A stretch of DNA of 64,000 bases from Octopus sinensis. Lineage: Eukaryota. Location of the stretch: NCBI RefSeq assembly GCF_006345805.1, contig NC_042997.1, positions 164,424,001 through 164,488,000 of the forward strand. Direction: 5' to 3'. Each line of letters starts with the position of its first letter. Within the stretch, counting starts at the first letter, position 1. Shown piece by piece: positions 11,257-23,981 of the stretch. The position numbers were made by a program, and so were the translations under genes. A model generated the notes under the pieces. It did no database searches. It saw nothing but the letters and a program-made list of their open reading frames with translations, and was not told the origin of the DNA.

Positions 11257-12895
11257 AGAAGAAAAAAATCAAAGTGGAAGCAGGGAAGGAGAGAAAAATA
11301 AAAAGGAAAGAAAAACAGGAGGAAAGAAGCAAAGATGAGAAGGAAAAGAAAAGGAAAACTAGAATGCTTTTAATAATAGAAAATGCCTTTAAAAAATCTA
11401 AGTTATTTGCAGTGATAAAAAGAATGTTAAAAATGAAATAGTGCATTTCATGAGCAAAATACCACTCACCACTGACTTAAGGAATAGTTCTAATATTTTT
11501 TACAAGATCTCAAAGTTAAGCTTAGTTTAAAGAAATTAAAGTAGCTTTTAAAAGATACTGATTTAATTCAAAATTAACAAGGCAGTGAGTAGTGTTTGAA
11601 AGTTGATCGATTAATATTTTTGATGATAGCAACAACTTATCTATAATCAAAACAGCCCAAATGCCTAAACTAGAACACAAATATCCAACTGGTTTCAATA
11701 AATCAATTGAATATAGTTTTACAAAGCCTAATTCAGATGGATTGCATTCATTTGCTTTATTACTCATTTATGATTGTCTTAAATTAGGGAATAAATTTTT
11801 TTTAAAAAAGCAGGCCCCTTTTTCCCTTAACTCTGAAATGTGAAATGAAAAAAAAAAAACACTTTTAGTTCTAAGACATGAGAACATATTTTTATGCTGA
11901 TGCTAACTAAATTATTGCAATCAGCTTTGCAATATTAAACTTCCTAGAATAAGTATTGAATAAACAAGTCGTAACTATGGAAATAACTAAATGTAGGGCA
12001 GTTGATGAAAAAAATAATGAAAAACAGAAAAAAATTTCAATCATAACTAATTCGTTTACATGGGAGATTAGCGAAGTACTTCATGAACCCAAATAGCTTG
12101 CTATAACAGGATAGTTAGTCTACTAAAAATAACTAACTAAAGCTATATGTGTTATTTAGATTAACAGATTTCCTTTGGGGTTTCATTAGCAGCTACAACT
12201 AACAACCTTTATGAATACCATTCATAGAATATTTGTGTAACCAGCAGACAGAGTATCAATGACTACTTGACCAACCAACAACGTACACAGTACCACCATT
12301 GAAGCCATTCATTATGTGCTTTAATTTTAAAAGTCTAAATATAACTGTTCCAATATTTAAACTTTACTTAAAACTTTGTTAGCTAAGACTATACTGAGAT
12401 AGTCAAATTACTAAATGAAGAACGTAAATACTTTGCTATTTATTACTGCAGATATATGAATTCTATTAATTAAACAACACTTAAGGAAAGACTGGTAAGT
12501 GCACATCTAATATTTAATAAGACTTTTTAAAACAATTCACCAGTAATGTGCTAGTTTAATAAATATATCGAGTTTATTGCACTATATAAAGAGAGAGACT
12601 TGTACCTTCTTGTGACAGCATTTCAAAGCAAGATGTTTAAATTGTATGAAACTAATATCTTATCGATATCTTACTAAGAAAAAAGAAAAAACTCAAACTA
12701 TTTTAATTTATCAACAATGGCAAGAACTCTCCCTGATATGTTAAAATTGTCAAACCCATCCAATACTCAATTGATTTTGTAAGTTGACTAAGGGCAAATA
12801 CCATCAAGTACATCAATAGAGCAAACTTATTAAAATGTAACTTATTCACTCTTTCATTATAATGGCAAATTACCATATATATATACACACACACA

Positions 12896-13559
12896 TAGGG
12901 TGGCCATAAAGTTATGCACCATTGTGCAATATGTGAAACTGCTAACATTCTCTTTTTTGATCTCATTTCCCAACTGCCGATATTACTCACAACCCAATCC
13001 TCATTGGATGGAGGCAGATAATTTACAAAGCAGGGGCAAGGCGATGGTGTGGGATTTGGCACAATCAAGTAATCGGACCATTTTATTTTGAGGGATATGC
13101 TTGGCAAGACGATGCCTCTTGTGCATTCACTTGGAAGGAGAAATCCTGTCTGGTTACAGCAAGATGGGAGTTTGCCCCATTATGCATTACAGGTTTACGA
13201 TTTTCTGTATGTACATTTTCCAGGAAGATGGACTCAACCATTGTGGGCCAATTGAATGGGCACCACGGCCACCAAATTCAACTCCCATGGACTTTTTCTT
13301 CTGGGGCTACATTAAATCCTTCATGTATTCTGAAAAGATTTGTGACCAAGGACATCTTCAAAGGATTGTTGAAGCATGTGAACAAGTTGATTGCAATGAA
13401 GAGCTATTTCAGAGGGTTTATCGCAATTTCAAATTCTTTTTGAACACTTGTTTAGAGTTACATGGCCAACACTTTGAACATTTGTAATGGATTACCTACA
13501 TCACTGCTAATAAAGCATACTTGATATCTCCCATTGTGCATGACTTTGCGGCCACCCTA
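12896..13559 (+). mobile_element. Internally deleted Tc1/mariner-superfamily transposon (DD41D rosa/Visitor-like)
   Basis: Imperfect terminal inverted repeats CATAGGGTGGCCATAAAGTTATGCAC / GTGCATGACTTTGCGGCCACCCTATG. ORF 13101-13487 carries FQEDG...GPIEWAPRPPNSTPMDFFFWGYIKS...GQHFEHL, matching the WPPRSPDLTPLDFFLWG...GGHFEHLL pattern. Confidence 0.85.
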
Positions 13560-15344
13560 TGTGTATGTGTATATAAAATGGTAAAATACTAAAGTAAAGG
13601 TATGTCATCATATGTAATAATCATTAAGGGGACACGTCAGTTCTATGCTTCTTTTTTTTTTTTGGTAGCGCCAATTCAATTGCATTTAGACTCTTGTAAA
13701 GCTGGCATTACATTAAACATTTGAGAGAGAAAATATAATCTCTATATCAAACTGATCACAACTTAAAAACAAAAGGTTTCAAACTTTTAGCTGTTTCAAA
13801 TTGTAGATGTGATCAGCTGCACCAGCAGAGAGAAAAAGAACAGAAAGGTACAACCAGGAAATACAACTCATGAATAATATGTAAGCAAATGCAAACACTA
13901 ATTTAAGGGAATTGTTAAACGTATTATCATCTCAGTTATGGTCAGTAGCCGTATCACTGGAAATAACAGTTAATCCTTCTCTAGGCTTCCTTAGATAGTA
14001 ACTTGTCTCGTGTCTTTGCAGAAGTGCCATTCAATGCAGTGAAACATAAGCATGTAACAGTTTAAAATAGCTCCTCATCTTTACTTCATAGTTATATAAC
14101 ACTTGATGATTCAATAGAAACAGCTAATAACTAATGATGCCACAAACTTGTGACGCGATATAGTTTTGTAGTCATACAAAAGACCTGCATCCCATTAAAC
14201 CAAATAGAAATGTAGTAATATAGGACAAACGATTGTTATTGTTAAAAGTGAGAGTACAATATAACCAACTGTTTGGGTGTGCCCCATATGTCATGCTTCA
14301 AGCTACATAATGAGCAAAGTGCAGTGTAACTTGTGAGCTGTTTTCTATTTAAAAATATAAAAATGAAACTGACTATGAAGGCAGATTTCATCAACACTAT
14401 TAAGTGATTATAACAATCAGTTGTAATGTTACAATAGTGTAGTAGTACACTCAAAAAACATAAACTAATACAAAATATAGATATCTGAACCTGACTGAAC
14501 AAATTAGTCATTTAACCACGACTTATATTTCACTATGCCTGCTGGTTGAATCATAAGAGCATCAGATGGTGGCTGAATGGGCACAAGTTTGTAAATAGTT
14601 ACCATGAGGAGGTATAAATGTTGCAAGTGGAGAAGAGAGACAAATTAATTAATGTTTTTCATAAGTTGCAAGTGTCGATATCAATCTTCTCCAATTACAA
14701 GAGAAATGCCTCAATTTTACCCAGTAAATTCCAATACACTATAATACTAATACTATTTGGGATAAATTTCCATTGGACAAAATTTTTTTTCTGGTTGTTA
14801 CTATCATCATCATTATTATTTCTATTTGTATGTCTGTTCAATGCTAGCATGGAGAGTTGGGTGGAAAGGTGTTAAAAATTCAAACAGGTTGTAGAGTAGA
14901 GCAGATAGGAAGCATTTGGAGAATTCAGATTCTTTCATGCTACATATACATGCATTATACCTGGTTTAATTCATACCATAAAATATATTAAATCTGGCAT
15001 TAAAACTATCCATTTTAAAGTTTAATCCCAAGTCAGCCCTGATCAAGTAGACGACCATCCTCTCCATATTTATTTTCTTTGATTTTTTTTTTTTAGTCAG
15101 GAGGTAGGGGCAACTAGATGGAGGAAGGGAGAAAGGTTTATCCTAAAACTGGAAGCTTGGCCCAAATACTCGGCCCATTTGGAAGCTTAGCCCAAATGCT
15201 TGCAACATGGAGAAACTCCACTAAAGGCACTTAAAGTATCAGGTGGGCAATGAGTTATGTCTACCACCCAGAATGTAAAGAGCCAGAGCAAATTCTGCAG
15301 GGTGCCCAACCCGATGTTCTTACAGTTCAGCCAGTTAACCACCT

Positions 15345-15485
15345 TGGTTTGGTACTTTTAAAAAAAAAAAAAAAAATCAATCCTGAAAGGATGAACAACA
15401 AAGCTGACCTTGGCAGAATTTGGACTCAGGGAGCCAGAACAAACACTGCACAGCATTTTTTGTCTAATGACTGCCAATTCACCTA
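15345..15485 (+). mobile_element. Degenerate SINE 3'-domain fragment
   Basis: GGTACTTT...ATCAATCCTGAAAGGATGAACAACAAAGCTGACCTTGGCAGAATTTGGACTCAG resembles the repeat at 16905-17100. Confidence 0.6.
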
Positions 15486-16904
15486 ATAACCGAGCAACAG
15501 TTATATCTATGCTTAAATTATCATATTGGCACAGTTGCCCCGACCTTTTTTTTTTAATTGGTGAGATGTAATTTGGTTGCTATTTGTACCAGGCTTGTAT
15601 TTCCCCTTGTTGGCTTGTATTTTCCGAAGTAGAACATCATTATTTTAAATCAAATTGTGTTAATGTAAATGCTTTAAGATTTAAACTAACACTAAAAATA
15701 CCTGTTTTAAATATAAGCTGTTTAAAAGAAGAGTTTATATTTTGAAAAATTTGTTGCAGAAAGCTTAGAGTTAAAAGACCTAAGAAACCTTTCAAGGATG
15801 AAATGAAAATTGGGTTTGTAACTCTTACTTCATCATTGTTAGGTTAAATTAGCTAATGACAGTTTTAGAGAAAAGGATTATGCTTGCTGCTTCATGCAAC
15901 AGTTAAAGAGATACAAATAAGTGAGAACTGGGAATTGATAATGAAACGAAGTATTTTGATAAATCCAAAAAGAACCATTTAGAAAATTTAACAGGCGTAA
16001 GACTAAAAGTTATTATAGCCATCCAGAAGATAATGTTTTCAATATATATATATATATATATATATATCTTTTAAAGAGGCTGTCATCTTTTAAAGCTAAG
16101 TTACAGATTCTTCTGAAATGCACTGCATAGCATTATTACTTGATTCATTCAAATGGGTTTTTTTTCTTCTTCCAATTCATATGAAGTTTGGCTATGACTT
16201 AAATAAATGGTCTGTGAACCCGGTAGTCAATCTCTAGTAAGATGATATACCAGACTACATTACTCTACCAGATTAATCAATGAATTGTTATTAACATACT
16301 AAACTAGTATGGATCACAATTATAACCTTTGAAGTAATCACACTCAATATATGAACCAACTTCATTAAAAAAAAAAAATTGATTCTAAATAACTTGTAAA
16401 TAGTTCAAAGGGAAGCAAAAACAGAAGTGTGAGAATATCATCTAGCTACTGAATGTATTGTGGTAAAATACCATATAAAAATTAGGTTTCGGGAAAGAAA
16501 CAAAAAACTTTATGTGATCGTTCCTTTTTAAAGTCAATACAAGATTAACTTAATAATTTTTAAGAAACTACCACTACTGACAAAATAATAAATAACTATA
16601 AATTATGGCTTATTCTTTGTTTTCTAAAATTGCTCAGAAATTCATTTACAGGTTTCAGTTATTGTATCTTTTTATAATTTTATTTGTTATAAAGAACGAA
16701 TGTTTACAAATTGTTGTCTTAACTAATACCTGTTTCGTAAATTCCTGCATCATCAGAAAACCTGTTTGTTTCACTTATTACAGTTTTTGATAGAAAGTTA
16801 GATCATTCTAGCTATCCTATGCCATAACTCTTAACTTAAAGATTGAAAAAACCTGCTGAGCCTAAGAACTCCAAATCACAAATGAAGTGGCATGAAAGTG
16901 ACTA

Positions 16905-17100
16905 ATAATAACAATAATAATCCTTTCCATTATGGGCACATAGCCTCAAATTTTGGATGAGGAGGCTAGTTGATTACATTAACCCCAGCATTCAACTGGC
17001 ACTTATTTTATCAATCACAAAAAGAACAAAAGGCAATGTTGACCTCGCCAGATGCCACAAAGCATAGGTATGCTAATGATTTTGCCAGCTTGCTGCCTTA
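16905..17100 (+). mobile_element. Degenerate SINE fragment with a (TAA)n end
   Basis: AATAATAATCCTTTCC...GATTACATTAACCCCAGCATTCAACTGGCACTTATTTTATCAATC...GACCTCGCCAG, a common octopus-type SINE module. Confidence 0.6.
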
Positions 17101-17297
17101 ATAAATAAGTTGTAATTCAAAATGGGGGAGAGGGATTGATGGGAAATTTAGTTGCATTGTTTGTGTGTTGGTTAAAATAAGCATGTGTAAGTTAAAACAT
17201 ATAATAAAAAAAAAAAGGATTGTAGTGAATTCTGAACTGGAAATGATATTGAAATCCAATGATTTTAGTGGTGACCTTGAAAACATACATGAATGAA

Positions 17298-17300
<3 letters not shown>

Positions 17301-17360
<60 letters not shown>
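17301..17360. repeat. (AT)30 microsatellite
   Basis: Directly visible. Confidence 0.95.
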
Positions 17361-17367
<7 letters not shown>

Positions 17368-17994
17368 CGCGCACACACACATACACACCAAAATAATTGG
17401 ACATATATTGCACAGATATTTCAGACCAGTATCCTTATCTTATTTGTTAAGGTCATACCACTTTAGCCAGTGAACACTCTCATCTCCTTTGAGAAAGTAT
17501 CTGTTGTATTTCAGTAAAGTTCTTAGTATTTTTGAAGCAAACTCTTTATTAAATCAAGGCAAACATATTGTCCTCATTTTGTTGTTCCTGCCTGGGGTAT
17601 CCTATCAGTTATCCTCCTTCTTGTGATGTCACTTGCTCATTTTGCTTGAACCAGAGTATATCTTGCTGAAGTAGCACAGGTATTGAATTCACAGCCATAA
17701 GCCAAACCACTACACTTAAACACTTGACATTTAATCAACACATATTCAGTATCTTATTGTCCTAGAGAACAATTAAGTAATGGAAATATATAGGTTTAAA
17801 TCTAACTTCTGGTAATGAGAAGAATTTACATGACTGGTAGTAGGGAGGACAGTGTGTGCGTGTGAGCGTGCGCACGCGTGCTTTAATGTTTACATTCTAG
17901 GTCTTCACATGAAAGCGTTTTTCCTGAAAATTGTAAAATTTGTTGACATACCATGTCCATGAAAACAGATAAAGGTTAGCGGAAGATGTATCAT

Positions 17995-18280
17995 CATTTA
18001 AAGTTCATTCTCCATTTGTCTGTTTTGGCATGGTTTCCATGGCTGGATGCCCTTCCTAATGCCAACCACTTTATAAAATGTACTGGGAGCTCGTATGTTG
18101 TACTGGCATGGGTGCTTTTACACAGTACCAGCACTCACAAGCCTGGAAGACTAGGGTCCTTGGCTGAGAGAGGGATTTAGAGGACATGTTCATATGCATG
18201 GACAGTCACAATTTTACTCAGTTTGATGTGTCTTCTCAATCACAGCAAACTGCCTAAAGTGGTTGTAAAACAATACCTCG
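17995..18280 (-). mobile_element. Short 3'-end fragment of the RTE-type LINE family
   Basis: Shares GGCATGGTTTCCATGGCTGGATGCCCTTCCTAATGCCAACCACT with the 3' UTR of the LINE at 20752-23090. Similar stubs at about 45385-45530, 47955-48130, 50530-50700, 54430-54600 (opposite strand) and 59250-59350. Confidence 0.7.
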
Positions 18281-18337
18281 GTATATATCTGTCAAACCCA
18301 TATATACAGGGTTTGACAGATATATACTGTCAAACCC
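18281..18337. repeat. Perfect 19-bp inverted repeat (9-nt loop) followed by a third copy of the core in direct orientation
   Basis: GTATATATCTGTCAAACCC (18281-18299) and GGGTTTGACAGATATATAC (18309-18327) are exact reverse complements. CTGTCAAACCC recurs at 18327-18337. Confidence 0.95.
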
Positions 18338-21040
18338 AGTGAAAAACATAAAATGAACCTGTACACACATGTATGCATGCATGAACTCATGTTAAAGCTT
18401 CTAAATTTTATCACTTAATTGTTTGACATAGCAATTGGATAGAGAATACGTATGTCAGTACAAGCAGAAAGAGCAACATCACAAGTAGGGGAATGAGTAA
18501 GAAGGGACAACAGAATAAGAATTATCACTCCTCTGTGGTTTTAATAAAGGGTTCAGCTTAAAGCATCAAGAACATTACTGAATACAACAGGTACTTGAAG
18601 AAAACAGGAAAGTGGGGTGTTGCAATGTGACTATAACAATCAAGATGAGGACAAAATGTGTTTGTAAGACACACAAATATACACAAAATATTTGATAAAG
18701 GATAATTATGTATAAATAGAAGTTATGAACAAAATATATGTAACTAGATGTTGCTTGAATATGATAGTATATATTGTATTTTGAAGAAAATATTATCAAT
18801 GCTTTAACATCCATTTTTCATGCTGGGCATGAAGTTCACTCCAGTCACATAGTTATGAGTTCCTTGCCACTGTACAGCATCTTAGGCAAGTCTTTTTTAA
18901 CCATACATAACCTTTAAGTCAAACCATAGAATTTTGGGGTGAACACTGAGTCCATTGCCCAGTTTTTAACATCAACAGCTGGCTTTAGAATACTTTTAAC
19001 AGAGTTTTAAGCATTTGGATGAAGTTTCTAGCCTGGGGAAGACTTGATATTCTGTAATACACTACATTAGTCATGTTTTCTTCTTCCACCTCTCTCAAGG
19101 GTCTTGGAGACCCTGCAAAAGGTCAGAAGCTCTGAAGTTCCCCTTCTGACTAAAGCAGTTACATGTCTGCTCTACAGCATATGACTCATCTTGATTCTTT
19201 ATAATCCATCTGTGGGTCCTTGAAATCAAATTTCAACCACAATGATATACAAAATCAAATCTATTACATCACAAGATTTTAAACATAACTGAGTATCTTG
19301 AAAATTCTAATCATAATTTCATCTAGGTTATTAAGTGTGGAGAAGGAAAACGGAGGAAGACAATGCTAACATTTACTTTTGACAAGCCTTGTACAATGTC
19401 ATGTTTCCTGGACAACTTAGCTATCAGATTATAACTATAGTAATTATGTCAGCTTCAGGCTAGTACAACAAAATTACTAGGCCAAATATAAATCTGCTAA
19501 AAATGTATGAATAGATGGATGTTTAAAATTGAACAATTACTGTTATCTTCATTATATAGCAAGACATATCATCATAAGTAAATAGTTACTATTTTGTATA
19601 TTTGTTGATCAAAAATAATTTCAAGCTCTCACCTAAACGCCTCAACTTTCATGACACTAATAAAACCTGAAAACAGGTTTAACCCCAAATCTTTAAATCT
19701 TAAAATTTAAAACATTTTAAGCATACTCAAGATATCTCTATCATTACATGAAACAACCAGAAATGTCTATTCCTCTTACTTCACAGTAAAGTGATTGTCA
19801 ATATAAAAGAAGTAATTCAATAATTGCTGACAGACTCCATACCAATATTTAAATTTCAGAACAATACAATCTTGGTTAGTATAGAACTGGTGTAAAAAAA
19901 CATAAAAGGGCATTTTCTTAAAATGCCTGTTAATTTTGTTTTTAATTAGTTGCAATTGTTAAAAATTAAATTTTCATACAAACACACACTCATACATAAA
20001 ACAGCAGTTTTTAAAATATTGAAACACATCAACCAGAGAAGAAGCCGTTTGTTTAAATTGCCAACATAAGCAAGCAGGTATTATTAAACCAGTGAAATTA
20101 AGATGATCAAGAATACAAAATACTGCCACCATCTATTTACAATGTATACAAATTCATCAGTAACTTTTAAATCAAACAAATTGTTAATAAGAATCAAATT
20201 GCTATTAACACAGTATAAAATAGATAAGGACAAGTATGTTTTGCTGGACTAATTTCACTTTACAAAAATAAAATCTGTCAAGGGAGGAGGGCAGTAATTT
20301 TCAATAAGAACTGACCTGGACCATGACAACCTACCTAAACCATGCCAACATGGAAAGCAGACATAATAAAATGATGATGATTATAATGAAAGTTACATAT
20401 ATTACTGATATTATTCTTTGCTAAAATATCATACTAAATATTTTTGAAATTCTTTGTTATTTTCTATGCAAATTCATTTCTTTTACATAAATTTTTACCT
20501 GACACCCTTATTTTGATGCTTCTTTCGCATATAAACACTGACATGGTGTTAGATTATTGCACTTAGTATAGCAAACATATTCCACTAATCAAATCATCCT
20601 TACTTTTATTTCACAATACAGTCTGTGTGGTGAGAAGATCTTTGTCATTAACACATATAGATGTTATACTGAAGATAGTGAATTTACTATATAGCATCTT
20701 AGCCTCAACTACCAGATATTATTGTAAGACATTATGTGTGTGTGTATGTATATCATCATCATCATCGTTTAACGTCCGTTCTCCATGCTAGCATGGGTTG
20801 GACGGTTCGACCGGGGTTCTGGGAAGCCAGAAGGCTGCACCAGGCTCCAGTCTAATCTGGCAATGTTTCTACAGCTGGATGCCCTTCCTAACGCCAACCA
20901 CTCCGTGAGTGTAGTGGGTGCTTTTTACGTGCCACCTGCACAGGTGCCAGGCGGGGCTGGCAACGGCCACGGTCAGATTGGTGTATTTTATGTGCCACCG
21001 GCACGGAAGCCAGTCGAGGTGGTGCTGGCATCGGCCACGG

Positions 21041-21485
21041 TCGGATAGTGCTTTTTACGTACCACCAGACCAGGGATCCTGGCTGGTTCAATTCGATTTC
21101 GATTTCGCTTGCCCCAACATGTCCTCACAAGCAAAGGGGGTTGGCATGGGTGCCTGTCGTACGGTCGCATTGGAGTATTTTACGTGCCACGGCCACGAGT
21201 CGGATAGTGCTTTTTACGTACCACCAGACCAGGGATCCTGGCTGGTTCAATTCGATTTCGATTTCGCTTGCCCCAACATGTCTTCACAAGCAAAGGGGGT
21301 TGGCATGGGTGCCTGTCGTACGGTCGCATTGGAGTATTTTACGTGCCACGGCCACGAGTCGGATAGTGCTTTTTACGTACCACCAGGCCAGGGATCCTGG
21401 CTGGTTCAATTCGGTTTCGATTTCGATTTCGCTTGCCCCAACATGTCTTCGCAAGCATGGGGGGTTGGCATGGGTGTCTGTCGCC
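21041..21485. repeat. 159-bp tandem repeat (about 2.8 copies) in the LINE 3' UTR
   Basis: TCGGATAGTGCTTTTTACGTACCACCAG starts at 21041, 21200 and 21359. Copies 1 and 2 are almost identical; copy 3 has a 6-bp insertion and substitutions. Confidence 0.95.
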
Positions 21486-21567
21486 GGATGAGGTTCTATA
21501 TCGACTTCGCTTGCCTCAACCGGTCTTTGTGTCCAAGGGAGGAAAGGCATTCATAAGTGGGCTGGGC

Positions 21568-23088
21568 TCACTTGTCCTGCCTGGTCTTCTCACGTACAGA
21601 ATATTTCCAAAGGTCTCGGTCTCTGGTCATTTCCTCAGTGAGGCCTAAAGTTCGAAGGTCGTGCTTCACCACCTCGTCCCAGGTTTTCCTGGGTCTACCT
21701 CTTCCACGGGTTCCCTCAACTGCCAGGGATTGGCACTTTCTCACACACCTATCTTCATCCATTCTCGCCACATGACCATACCAGCGCAATCGTCTCTCTT
21801 GCACACCACAACTGATGCTTCTTAGGTACAACATTTCTCTCAAGGTGCTAACGCTCTGTCGAGTATGTACACTGACATTACACATCCATCGGAGCATACT
21901 GGCTTCATTCCTCACGAGCTTACGCATGTCCTCAGCAGTCACGGCCCATGTTTCGCTGCCATGTAGCATGGCTGTTCGTACACACGCATCATACAGTCTG
22001 AGCGAGAGGCCTTTAGTCACCAGCAGAGGTAAGAGCTCCCTAAACTTTGCCCAGGCTATTCTTATTCTAGCAGTTACACTTTCAGCGCACCCACCCCCAC
22101 TACTGACTTGGTCACCTAGATAACGGAAGCTATCAACTACTTCTAGTTTTTCCCCCTGGAAAGTGACGGAAGTTGTGTTCTGCAGATTTTCGGAGGTTAA
22201 TGCTCCCGAGCATCTGCCACATACAAAAACTATCTTCCCAGTTAGCCTACCTTTGACATTGCTGCACCTCTTATGTGTCCATAGCTTACACTGGGTACAT
22301 CTTATAGAGTTTCTACCTACACCTTTTCTACAGATCGAGCAGGGCCATCTTCCTGAAGATATTTGTGGATTGTCTACCTTTCTACTTATTAGTACTTTGG
22401 TTTTAGCTAGGTTGACTCTAAGGCCCCTTGATTCTAAACCCTCCTTCCACAACTGGAACTTCTCCTCCAGTTCTGATAGTGACTCAGCAATAAGAGCAAG
22501 GTCGTCAGCGTAGAGGAGCTCCCAGGGACAGCCTGTCTTGAATTCCTCCGTAATTGCCTGGAGTACTATGATAAATAGGAGGGGGCTGAGTACTGAACCC
22601 TGGTGGACCCCAACCTCTACTTTGAATTCTTCTGTGTACATGTTGCCAACCCTAACCTTACTTACGGCATCTCTGTACATGGCTTGCACAGTCCTCACCA
22701 GCCATTCATCTATCCCTAGTTTCCTCATTGACCACCAGATAAGGGATCGGGGGACCCTATCAAAAGCTTTCTCCATGTCAACGAAAGCCAGGTACAGGGG
22801 CTTATCTTTGGCTAGGTATTTCTCCTGCAGCTGCCTTACCAGGAATATAGCATCAGTGGTACTTTTCCCTGGCACGAACCCAAACTGCATCTCATCTAAA
22901 CTAACTCTCTCTCTAATTAGTTGGGCTATGACCCTCTCCGTAACCTTCATTACTTGATCCAACAGCTTGATACCTCTGTAATTATTTGTATCTAGGGCAT
23001 CATCTTTACCTTTGTAGCAGTTGACTAGTATGCTGCTGCACCAGTCATTGGGTATGACTCCTTCGTGTATCACCTGGTTGACTATACG
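21568..23088 (-). pseudogene. LINE ORF2 fragment: reverse transcriptase with an inserted PHD-type zinc finger, open for about 505 codons
   Basis: RT motifs NYRGIKLL, QFGFVPGKSTTDA, FVDMEKAFDRV, GVHQGSVLSPLLF, LYADD, FRYLG, YGSETW, RLRWYGHV, GRGRPRKTW. C4-H-C3 motif CSIC...CTQC...HKRC...CGRC. The first ~26 residues of the track ORF come from the flanking microsatellite. Confidence 0.93.
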
Positions 23089-23832
23089 ATATATATACAT
23101 ACATACATACAGACAATAAGCCCTGTACATCACAATTTTTATATAAGAAAAATTATGTTCCATTTATTGGTAAAAAGATAGTTGTATTACTATTTCATAG
23201 CAGTTGTAATAACTCTTCTCAATAAGAGAGAAATTTGTCACTAAACAAATTAAGAGCAATATCTTTTATAGTCACATCCTTACACAATGATGCTACTAGA
23301 AACAAATACCTAACTTAAAATGTAGTTCTTTCATTTTTTTTTTTTTTTAATGATCATAAAACTATTAGTGTGCATGAACTGTTTTATTTCTCAAGCTCTA
23401 TTTATACTGGGATAAACTTTCTTTGTCAAATATTTCAGACTTTAATAAAAGCAAATATTTATTACATAAATCTGTTATTTTTATTTCTTTCCAAAATACT
23501 GAAATATTATTAAAATTAGTTCCAAACTCATTGAACAGAATATTTCAAAAATATGTTAACTAGAAAAGACCAACTAAAAATGTATAGTGCTCATGGAAAT
23601 TAGTTAAAAATAATAAAAAAAGTATTATAAAAAATTAGGTTAATGTAAGGTGAATCTTAATGATCATCTGCACTCCAATTTTTTTTTCTTCTTTCTTTTT
23701 TTTTGAATTATTCAATTTTAGGCATCAGTAATGCTAAAGTAACAATACATATATTTGAATTACAACAAGCCATTGTAACATCTTTAAATATAAATCGGTA
23801 AAATTGATGGTTATTCTTGCAATGAAACTTAC

Positions 23833-23981
23833 CTGGGTGTCAATATATGTTTCTATCTTTGGTTCTACAGCTAATTCAGCTTCTAAGATTCGTTCAACAG
23901 GCATATCAACATTTGCACTGCTGGTGCTCTCTACTTCGCCTTCTCCTTTTTCTTTCACACGTTGACGTTCTTCTTGAACAG
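23833..23981 (-). CDS. RXR: RXR hinge exon (T/A-box and LBD helix 1)
   Basis: Acceptor TTTTGTCTTTTTGCAG at 23982, donor CAG|GTAAGT at 23832; 149 nt, phase 1 to phase 0. Encodes (A)[49 protein letters not shown]. Confidence 0.97.

Larger units (their letters stand above)
20752..23090 (-). mobile_element. Young, 5'-truncated RTE-type non-LTR retrotransposon (LINE), copy 1
   Basis: (ATG)n tail at about 20752-20766, 3' UTR, then an RT ORF. The 5' end stops at about 23090, abutting a TA/TACA microsatellite. No endonuclease domain present. Confidence 0.95.

Noticed and set aside
15151-15203. 30-bp imperfect tandem duplication GGAAGCTT.GCCCAAAT.CT
   Set aside because: Only about 1.8 copies; an ordinary slippage product.
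20918-21556. 212-aa ORF with 53-aa repeats; the 159-bp array as a possible CRISPR-like array
   Set aside because: Antisense reading of a tandem duplication in a LINE 3' UTR. Units are contiguous with no unique spacers, and there are no cas genes.
21815-22957. Plus-strand ORFs 21815-22123, 22163-22513, 22538-22957 (and 31112-31878)
   Set aside because: Antisense shadows of the LINE RT ORF.
23283-23294. 9- or 12-nt micro-exon candidate (TAGTAG|CATCATTGT|GTAAGG)
   Set aside because: Mediocre donor, one form starts with a stop codon, and no compositional signal.
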